From Anaerolineales bacterium (GTDB lineage: Bacteria; Chloroflexota; Anaerolineae; Anaerolineales; UBA4823): a stretch of DNA of 45,357 nt. Below the pieces are notes generated by a model. That model had not been told where the DNA came from. It saw nothing but the letters and a program-made list of their open reading frames with translations, and made no database searches. Shown here piece after piece: positions 38,531-45,357 of the stretch. Within the stretch, counting starts at the first letter, position 1, and every line of letters starts with the position of its first letter. The translations under genes and the position numbers were made by a program. The stretch lies in assembly GCA_041551115.1 (NCBI GenBank), contig JBFENN010000003.1:1-45357 (forward strand), given 5' to 3'.

Positions 38531-38781
38531 TAATGCGCCTCCTCTTCTCCAGCAAACAGACGGCCAATGTGCATGTAATCCCTTAGTACCAATGCGGCCT
38601 TTAACACTGCGATAGCGACTAATGGTGCCCACCAGCCGATGGCGATCGAGCCCAACCAATATTCTCCGATTGTAAAAACCCCTAACAATACCAATACAAC
38701 GATACCAATTCGGTAGGCTTCATTTCTGTTTTCCACCAATTGCTCTTCGCTGTTTGAGGTTGATTCTTTTTTTTCTGCCAT
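38530..38781 (-). CDS. Cytochrome c oxidase subunit IV family protein
   Basis: Two TM helices, 'FTIGEY' and 'AVLKAALVLRDYMH'. Position within the cox operon. Confidence 0.82.
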   Translation of the reverse strand: MAEKKESTSNSEEQLVENRNEAYRIGIVVLVLLGVFTIGEYWLGSIAIGWWAPLVAIAVLKAALVLRDYMHIGRLFAGEEEAH

Positions 38782-38882
38782 TTCAGTAATCTCCTGCCTA
38801 AATCCTCTTCCTGCTGTGTTAAATCATGATAAAAAATGGTGCTTCTAAGGGCACATAGACCGAAATTCATGCCTTTATTATG

Positions 38883-40829
38883 TTAGTCCGCGGTCGCTGG
38901 GATCGCTTCGGCACTCGGAGTCGCTTTGTCATGATCCGGGTGCATATCGATATAGACTGATCCTTCCAGACCATAATCATACGGGTCTCCCACAACTTCG
39001 AAAGGTTCATCGTAATTGATCGCAGGTGCCGGATTAGGTGTTTGCCACTCAGGTGAACGCGAACGCCACGGGTTGGTTCGGGCTATCTCTCCGCGCTTAG
39101 CGCTCGAGTAGAAGTTATATAAAGCAACTAATACTGAAAACGCAATTGCAAATCCAGCGATCGTTATCATCAAGTGTTGAATTTCAATCCCCAAAGCTGG
39201 ATCATAATCGGCAATCCGGCGCCTCATTCCCAACAGACCAACCTGCATCTGACTCAATGATTGCAGATAGAAAGCCGGAAGCATCACAAAGAAATGCAGC
39301 TTCCCAAGCCTTTCACTATACATTCGCCCAGTCACCTTTGGGAACCAATAGTAAATTGCCGCAAAAAACGGAAAGACAAATCCCCCAAACATTGTCGCGT
39401 GGAAATGCCCTACGATCCAATATGTATCCTGGACATGAAGATCGGTTGCCACAACCCCGTTTGGGGGGCCGCTTAATCCACCCAATAGGAATATCGAGAT
39501 TGCACCCAGCACAAACAACATGGGTGTCTCAAAAGACAATTTCCCTTCCCATAAAGTGCCAATCCAGCTGAAAAACTTTATGCCAGTCGGTACGGCAACA
39601 AGCAGCGTGCTGTACATGAAAGGCACTCGCAAATAGGGTGCCATACCAGAAGTAAACATATGGTGAGCCCAAACGAGGAACCCGACAATCGCGATCCCAA
39701 ATGAAGAAACCGCCACCCACTTATATCCAAACAACGGTTTCCGGGAGAACACTGGCAGCAGTTCACTGATTACTCCCAAGCCGGTCAGGATGAATACATA
39801 TACAGCGGGGTGGGAGTAAAACCAGAAAAGGTGCTGAAACAAGATCGGATTTCCACCCAACTCGGGTTTGAAAAAGCCCATCCCAAACAACCGCTCCAAC
39901 ATGACCATCTCAAAAGATAGACCAATTAATTGGGTAGCCGTCAGGCTGATCACAGCTGTTGCCAATGCAGTCCAGACGAAAATCGGCATCCGGAAATAGC
40001 TCATCCCAGGAGCACGCATTGTTACAACCGTTACAATGATATTCAACGATCCAAAAACGGAAGATAACCCGATGATAATTACCCCCAGGAAGAACATCTG
40101 CATCCCTAAAGGTGCTTGAGCGCTGAGTGGAGGATAACCAGTCCAACCGGTGTCAAAACCACCTAAGAAGAGTGTGCTGACCAGCCAGATTCCAGCAGGA
40201 ATATTCAGCCAGTATGCAAAAGCATTCAATCGGGGAAATGCCATGTCATTGGCACCAATCATCAGCGGGACAAGATAGTTCGATAGTGCCGCCACACCAA
40301 GCAGGATTGCACCAATCATGACGATGCCGTGCAAACTCATGATGGTGTTATAGAAATTCAAACCGCTCATTCCCAAAATCTCAGCATCCTGGGTCATGAA
40401 CTGCAGTTCCGATGCCGCCAATTCAGTGCGAAATGTCAACGCGAAGATGCCAGCCAGGGTGAACAGTATCAAGGATGTGATACCGTACTGGAGCCCAATG
40501 ACCTTGTGATCGAATGATATGTTAAGCAGCTTTCGCCAGCCTGACAATTCTGGCGCGTGGGGATGGTTTGTTGTTTCAACACCATTCATCCATTTCAGCC
40601 AATCTGAGAGTGTGCCTGCCCCAAACAGGAAACCGAACGATCCAAAAATAGCCCCGACAACCCAGGCGGCTTCGGCAAACCATGCTTCGAGCCCCATCAA
40701 TAGGCGCACACCGGTTACCAGTCCCATACCTAGCAAGAGACCAATCACCAATCCGATAAGACCACGTACCATACTCAAAGTGAAGAAGCTGACTTTATTT
40801 TCTTCGTTCATATTTTCTCCGCTCATCAT
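38883..40829 (-). CDS. coxA: Cytochrome c oxidase subunit I, A2-type, with N-terminal hydrophobic extension
   Basis: His ligands 'SLHG', 'WFYSHPAVY', 'WAHHM', 'GHFH'. D-channel 'DMAFPRLN', K-channel 'PTGIK'. Alternative start at 40811. Confidence 0.97.
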   Translation of the reverse strand: MMSGENMNEENKVSFFTLSMVRGLIGLVIGLLLGMGLVTGVRLLMGLEAWFAEAAWVVGAIFGSFGFLFGAGTLSDWLKWMNGVETTNHPHAPELSGWRKLLNISFDHKVIGLQYGITSLILFTLAGIFALTFRTELAASELQFMTQDAEILGMSGLNFYNTIMSLHGIVMIGAILLGVAALSNYLVPLMIGANDMAFPRLNAFAYWLNIPAGIWLVSTLFLGGFDTGWTGYPPLSAQAPLGMQMFFLGVIIIGLSSVFGSLNIIVTVVTMRAPGMSYFRMPIFVWTALATAVISLTATQLIGLSFEMVMLERLFGMGFFKPELGGNPILFQHLFWFYSHPAVYVFILTGLGVISELLPVFSRKPLFGYKWVAVSSFGIAIVGFLVWAHHMFTSGMAPYLRVPFMYSTLLVAVPTGIKFFSWIGTLWEGKLSFETPMLFVLGAISIFLLGGLSGPPNGVVATDLHVQDTYWIVGHFHATMFGGFVFPFFAAIYYWFPKVTGRMYSERLGKLHFFVMLPAFYLQSLSQMQVGLLGMRRRIADYDPALGIEIQHLMITIAGFAIAFSVLVALYNFYSSAKRGEIARTNPWRSRSPEWQTPNPAPAINYDEPFEVVGDPYDYGLEGSVYIDMHPDHDKATPSAEAIPATAD

Positions 40830-40845
40830 TTCTATCCTTCCGCGC

Positions 40846-42258
40846 TTACTGCAAACTCTCGATGAAACTGATCACGTCATCAATCTGCTGATCCGTCAAT
40901 TCGGCAGCAACATTGACTGGCATGATATTGCCAAATCCTTGGACGATGTTCGCTCCGGGGTTGCGGATTGATTCAAATAAATATTCATAGTCGGCGACTG
41001 TTGTGCTGCCATCATCAAATACCCGCTCACTACCATATAATCCAGTCCAGGTAGGACCTACTCCCTCGCTGCCATCAATAGAATGGCAAGCTTGGCAGCC
41101 ATAAGTAACATACAAATTCTGGCCGCGTGCGACAGGATCGGCCTCGTCTCCAGCTTGAGAGATCAACCAATCTTCAAATGCGGTTTTCTCCATGACGATG
41201 ACTGGAGCAGTCATATAAGTATGCTGTAACCCACATAACTCGGCACAACGTAAGGTGAAGTCACCGACTTGCGTGGGCGTCACCCGTAAATCTCTAACCA
41301 GATCCTCGCCGGGTAAAACATCTTGCTTAACTCTGAATTCTGGTACCCAGAATGAGTGAATGACATCGACCGAAGATAGATGGAGCAGTGCCTGCTCATC
41401 AACAGGCAAACGCAACTCGGTAGTAGTTATGCCGTATTCGGGGTATTCGAAGCGCCAAGACCACTGCTGCCCAATCACATTAACTTCCATCGCCTCTTGA
41501 ATTTTTTGTGTATCTGCTAAAGCGATGCTACCTACGTAGGCAAAATAGATAACAACAGCTAGTGGGATAACGGTCCATATGACCTCTAGTCGTGTGTTCC
41601 CTTCGACATGCTTGGCGTCGGAATAATCGCCCTTCTTGCGGCGGAATACGACAATGCTGTAGAGCATAAAAACGATAATCAGCGCAAACAAGAATGCGAT
41701 CACCATAAATTCCATTCTAAACATGCGGTCAATTGGTGCCGCTTGCGCGCTAGCTGCATCAGGAAGTAGTCTTACCTGACCCAATCCGAAGACCAACAAG
41801 GCAGTAACAAAAACTACCAATATACCCACAATAACAAAATGCTTCATACCACTTCTCCTAGTAGAGTCGCTATCAGGCTTTCCTGGTATTTTCTCGATTT
41901 GATTTTCTTGGTTGCTGTCACCCTGCCACTTTTTTAACCAATCATCAACCTGGGAACCGGACATGGTTCGACGGTCATATACTAGCGCTTCTTGCCCACC
42001 ATCATGCAGCGAGAGTACTACTACACGTAGCTGTTTCCCAGCTTCTAAAAAACGCGCTAAGATCTCCTTGCGGTTTAGTAATTCATCGTCATGATCGACA
42101 AGAATTAGATCTGGATTCTGCCTTTCCAAATATGGAACAGCTTCATCTACGCTGGAGACGACGCCAATGACTTCAACATCGCCGCCTTTACGCTCTTGCA
42201 GCAAACTGCGTAATCCCTCACCAAAAAGAGCATGGTTTGAGGCAATTAGCACGCGCAT
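40846..42258 (-). CDS. coxB: Cytochrome c oxidase subunit II (CuA + C-terminal cytochrome c, caa3-type) with an in-frame N-terminal receiver-like domain
   Basis: CuA 'DVIHSFW...CAELCGLQHTYM' and heme c 'CQACH'. N-terminal 'MRVLIASNHALFGEGLRSLL...PDLILVD'. SD-preceded ATGs at 42258 (GAGGA) and 41847 (AGGAGA). Confidence 0.9.
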   Translation of the reverse strand: MRVLIASNHALFGEGLRSLLQERKGGDVEVIGVVSSVDEAVPYLERQNPDLILVDHDDELLNRKEILARFLEAGKQLRVVVLSLHDGGQEALVYDRRTMSGSQVDDWLKKWQGDSNQENQIEKIPGKPDSDSTRRSGMKHFVIVGILVVFVTALLVFGLGQVRLLPDAASAQAAPIDRMFRMEFMVIAFLFALIIVFMLYSIVVFRRKKGDYSDAKHVEGNTRLEVIWTVIPLAVVIYFAYVGSIALADTQKIQEAMEVNVIGQQWSWRFEYPEYGITTTELRLPVDEQALLHLSSVDVIHSFWVPEFRVKQDVLPGEDLVRDLRVTPTQVGDFTLRCAELCGLQHTYMTAPVIVMEKTAFEDWLISQAGDEADPVARGQNLYVTYGCQACHSIDGSEGVGPTWTGLYGSERVFDDGSTTVADYEYLFESIRNPGANIVQGFGNIMPVNVAAELTDQQIDDVISFIESLQ

Positions 42259-42327
42259 GGGTTTCCTCATTCTATCCACCGTATTTTTCTAATTCAGACC
42301 TGTATTATGAGAGTTTCTCCAATAGCA

Positions 42328-42356
42328 AATTTACCAAATTGCTCCCGGCGTGTCAT
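42328..42356 (-). promoter_or_regulatory. Predicted promoter of the cox operon
   Basis: Minus strand ATGACA (42356-42351), 17 bp, TG-G-TAAATT (42333-42328). Confidence 0.55.
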
Positions 42357-42393
42357 CCTTCCAGCCTGAAAATAAGGAGGATATTAAATAACA

Positions 42394-42423
42394 CGGAGGG
42401 GTGATTTAGCAATCACCCCTCCG
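42394..42423 (-). terminator. Perfect 13-bp inverted repeat: terminator of the two-component genes and/or regulator binding site
   Basis: CGGAGGGGTGATT-TAGC-AATCACCCCTCCG, followed on the minus strand by TGTTATTT. Confidence 0.6.
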
Positions 42424-42451
42424 CAGATTTATTTTCTAGACTTGGTTTTTC

Positions 42452-43096
42452 TTAGAGTTCTCGTTGAATTAACCCCATCTGCGTAGCTTTACTAACTGCT
42501 TCAGCTCGATTTGCAGCTTCCATTTTTTCCAAAATATGCCTCACATGCGTTTTGACTGTATTCTCAGAGATGAATAATGCATCAGATATCTGAGCTGTCG
42601 TCATCCCATTGGCAAGACAATCTAGCACATCCTTCTCCCGGCTGCTGAGGCCGAAATCTTGGGACTTCGAACGGTCGACGTCCACCGCCTGCAAGACCCT
42701 TTTTGTCACATCTGGCGAGAGCACTGCCAATCCTTCATTTACTTTTCTGATTGCAGAAGATAATTCATCTGGCGTTGCATTCTTCAAAAGATATCCATCC
42801 GCTCCAGCTTTGATGGCACCAAAAAGATCTTCGTCATTTTTTGAGACCGTCAGCATCAAGATTTGGCATGAAGCGGTTTTTTTAAGGATTTTTACCGTCT
42901 CAACACCGTCCATGATCGGCATGTTTACATCCAACAGCACAACATCGGGTTTTTTTTCTGCAATTACAGATAATGCTTCACGACCGTTTCCTGCTTCACC
43001 AACTAAATCAAATTCAGGCATGCCATTCAACAAACTAACCAATCCCGAACGAAATAAGGCATGGTCATCAACAACAACTAACCTGATTTTACTCAT
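42452..43096 (-). CDS. NarL/LuxR family response regulator
   Basis: 'VVDDH', 'PDVVLLDVNMP', 'GYLLK', HTH 'LSSREKDVL...ISENTVKTHVRHILEKM'. Confidence 0.96.
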   Translation of the reverse strand: MSKIRLVVVDDHALFRSGLVSLLNGMPEFDLVGEAGNGREALSVIAEKKPDVVLLDVNMPIMDGVETVKILKKTASCQILMLTVSKNDEDLFGAIKAGADGYLLKNATPDELSSAIRKVNEGLAVLSPDVTKRVLQAVDVDRSKSQDFGLSSREKDVLDCLANGMTTAQISDALFISENTVKTHVRHILEKMEAANRAEAVSKATQMGLIQREL

Positions 43097-44925
43097 GAGA
43101 CACTCTCTCTCATATTCAACGGCATACGAACTCGGACAATGGTCCCATCATTATGTTTGCCGATGACCTGGAATTCTCCGCCTATCAATTCAGCCCTCTC
43201 ACGCATACTCCGTAAACCATGTGTAGTTGGCACTTGGATATCGGAAGTATCGAACCCAATCCCATTATCTCGTATTTCAAGGATCAAATCGCCGTGGTAC
43301 TTGCCACATGATATATGAATTAGGTTAGCCTTGGAATGCTTGCGGATATTATTCAATGCTTCCTGAACCACACGCATAAGTTGAGCATTTACTTCAGGTG
43401 ATAGTTCCAGATCATCCCCCTCAATGGTTATGTCAATCTCTAATCCGGTATTTTCGACAAAATCTGCGGCCATCTTTTCCAACCAGATCTTAATTCCGGG
43501 ATCCTCGCTTGGTACACGCAAGCCATCAATCGCTTGTCGTGCATCCAGGTAGGCATTTGATACAGTCTCGTAACAGATAGGGACGGTCATCTCCAACTGG
43601 TCATATTCACCAAACTCCAAGAAGGTTTTCATCTGTGCGATCTTGAGTTTCAAGAATCCCAAGGTTTGTGCTAAGCCATCATGGATTTCACGTGAAAGAC
43701 GTTTCCGTTCATCCATCACCGTGCGATACTCCAATTCGGTAAGCATTTCCATATTATTGAGCACCAAGGCAGCCTGACTGGCTAACGATCTAATCAAGCT
43801 GCGCTGACGTTTGGTTAGGTCGAGGTTTCGATTCTTGCCAACAATCAGCACTCCTTGGATTGACTCGTCGGGGGAAATCATTGGCACGCCGATAATGGTA
43901 TAACCGCCTGATTTTATGTTTTCATCTTGATCATAGTTTTTAAGAATGACAACATCATCCGAAGTCATTACGGTGGGAAATAAGCCTTGAATAAAGCCAT
44001 TCACATTCTCTGGAAACATACCGTTCGAAACCCAAATCTCTGGTGGTCCGCTGGGCGATATCTGTTTAATAATCAGGGAATAATCCAATTCCAGGCTTTC
44101 GTGTAGGTTTTCTAAAAACTCAGAAAGCACGCTCTTTGGATCCGTCTTCGCCCGGATCGCATTCATTTGGCGCAGAGTATTCAATTCTCTATTCCGCAAA
44201 CGGATCGCTTCTAATGCAACTGCGGTTTCATCAGTAATTTTCTTTAAAAATTCCTTTGAATCCTTACTCAAATCACCAGCTTCAGGCAAGTATAGGTTTA
44301 AAAGTCCATACTCTTGTTCACCGCGCTGCAAGCGGACGCAGTATATGTTGGTGTGTTCGCTAAATGTTCCAATGAGCAGCGGGCAGCTTTTGGATAATGA
44401 CTCTACGGACTGACAATCGGAGCATCGGGCTCGCATTTTTGGCGATGCCAGGTATTCTAACCAGGCGTCAGCGGCAGGCAGCGGCATCTCTCCGCGAGTT
44501 GTCGCTGTCAGAGGCTGGGCTCGGTCATCCAACGGAACGAAAGACGCACCGCGTGCACCAAGGATGTCTATTGAAAGCTTCAAGATCAGTTCGACAACTT
44601 CGCCCTCGGCTTGAGCGGAAGCAAAAAGCTGTGAAATTTCAAACACAACCTGCTGCATTATTTGAGCAGCAGTCAACTCATCCTCTAGTGTTCTGATACG
44701 CGTCAATAATGCTGCATGCTTAGCTCGATAGGTGTGCTCTCGGCCGACAATAGCATAAGTCAGCAAACCTAAGAAAGCAAGAAAAAAGCTGCCCATCGAA
44801 GCCCAAAGACCAGCCGCGCCAATGGGAACTACGAAATGGATGATGATTTCATTCGCAGCAATTAATCCTAATGTGATTAAGATAATGCTATGCTGAGTTT
44901 TTGGTCGCCAGGTTATCTTTTGCAT
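43093..44925 (-). CDS. Membrane histidine kinase (2 TM, two GAF-like domains, HisKA_3, HATPase)
   Basis: H-box 'ERKRLSREIHDGLAQ', 'QEALNNIRKHS', 'DNGIGF', 'HGLRSMRERA'. 4-bp overlap with the response regulator gene. Confidence 0.94.
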   Translation of the reverse strand: MQKITWRPKTQHSIILITLGLIAANEIIIHFVVPIGAAGLWASMGSFFLAFLGLLTYAIVGREHTYRAKHAALLTRIRTLEDELTAAQIMQQVVFEISQLFASAQAEGEVVELILKLSIDILGARGASFVPLDDRAQPLTATTRGEMPLPAADAWLEYLASPKMRARCSDCQSVESLSKSCPLLIGTFSEHTNIYCVRLQRGEQEYGLLNLYLPEAGDLSKDSKEFLKKITDETAVALEAIRLRNRELNTLRQMNAIRAKTDPKSVLSEFLENLHESLELDYSLIIKQISPSGPPEIWVSNGMFPENVNGFIQGLFPTVMTSDDVVILKNYDQDENIKSGGYTIIGVPMISPDESIQGVLIVGKNRNLDLTKRQRSLIRSLASQAALVLNNMEMLTELEYRTVMDERKRLSREIHDGLAQTLGFLKLKIAQMKTFLEFGEYDQLEMTVPICYETVSNAYLDARQAIDGLRVPSEDPGIKIWLEKMAADFVENTGLEIDITIEGDDLELSPEVNAQLMRVVQEALNNIRKHSKANLIHISCGKYHGDLILEIRDNGIGFDTSDIQVPTTHGLRSMRERAELIGGEFQVIGKHNDGTIVRVRMPLNMRESVS

Positions 44926-45125
44926 ATCGTCGCCAACAAACTACATCAATCTAATTCTACCCGAGTTATATATTATGGATTTTGGAGATATCTGTCTCAC
45001 CCAGGATCTGTTTGGGCCTATCGAAAGCCACCCGCTATCATTGATAATACAAATAGCAATCTGGCTTCAACAACTAAATATATCCCTTTTTGGTATAAGT
45101 CTACAAGTCATCCTGGAATATGAAT

Positions 45126-45357
45126 CTAGCCTAGCGATTGTAAAGTTTGCAGAATCTCCGAGCTGTGTTCAGCGGGTTTCACTTTTTCAAATACGCGCAC
45201 GATTTCACTCTTCGCACTGATGATATAAGTTGTACGCAACACCCCGTCATACTCACGTCCCATAAACTTTTTCCGGCCCCACACACCATAAAGTTCACAT
45301 ACTTCGTGGTCTTGATCTGCAAGTAGGGTAAAGGGCAGCTCATATTTGGTTTTAAAC
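45126..45357 (-). CDS. bcp: Peroxiredoxin BCP/PrxQ, 3' part only (absent from the ORF track)
   Basis: Manual translation from 45356: FKTKYELPFTLLADQDHEVCELYGVWGRKKFMGREYDGVLRTTYIISAKSEIVRVFEKVKPAEHSSEILQTLQSLG*. Confidence 0.9.
   Translation of the reverse strand, partial: FKTKYELPFTLLADQDHEVCELYGVWGRKKFMGREYDGVLRTTYIISAKSEIVRVFEKVKPAEHSSEILQTLQSLG

Noticed and set aside
38530-38870. Long N-terminal extension of coxC (GTG 38659) and ORF 38682-38870
   Set aside because: Both overlap the subunit IV gene in other frames. ATG 38530 has an SD and stop-start coupling.
394-44696. Many short antisense or alternative-frame ORFs in the track (e.g. 16969-17517, 19005-19532, 42609-43166)
   Set aside because: They are shadows of well-supported genes on the other strand or frame and show no recognisable motifs.

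Overview
A 45 kb chromosomal segment with no mobile element, prophage or CRISPR array. Gene content and the V/E/T-rich lipoprotein linker suggest Chloroflexota, probably Anaerolineae (inference, not a database result). Left to right: RsbV/RsbW-type partner-switch pair, GNAT, SRAP/YedK; a LacI-regulated sugar ABC transporter with a GH13_18 glucosylglycerate-phosphorylase-like enzyme and glycerate kinase; PflX-like radical SAM; proS; a TetR-controlled beta-oxidation cluster; M23 lipoprotein; tRNA-Pro(GGG); two Tat-exported L,D-transpeptidases; a MacAB-like exporter; and a complete caa3-type (A2) cytochrome c oxidase operon with assembly genes, next to a two-component system and a partial bcp peroxiredoxin. 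The strongest candidates for new biology are three. (1) Oxidase subunit II is fused in frame to an N-terminal receiver domain, next to a GAF histidine kinase with a C-x2-C-x9-C-x14-C cluster, a possible O2/redox sensor. (2) An unannotated Pro-rich leader peptide with mutually exclusive antiterminator/terminator lies upstream of proS. (3) A promoter-driven hairpin with a C-rich loop is a small-RNA candidate. All functional calls are from motif recognition by eye.
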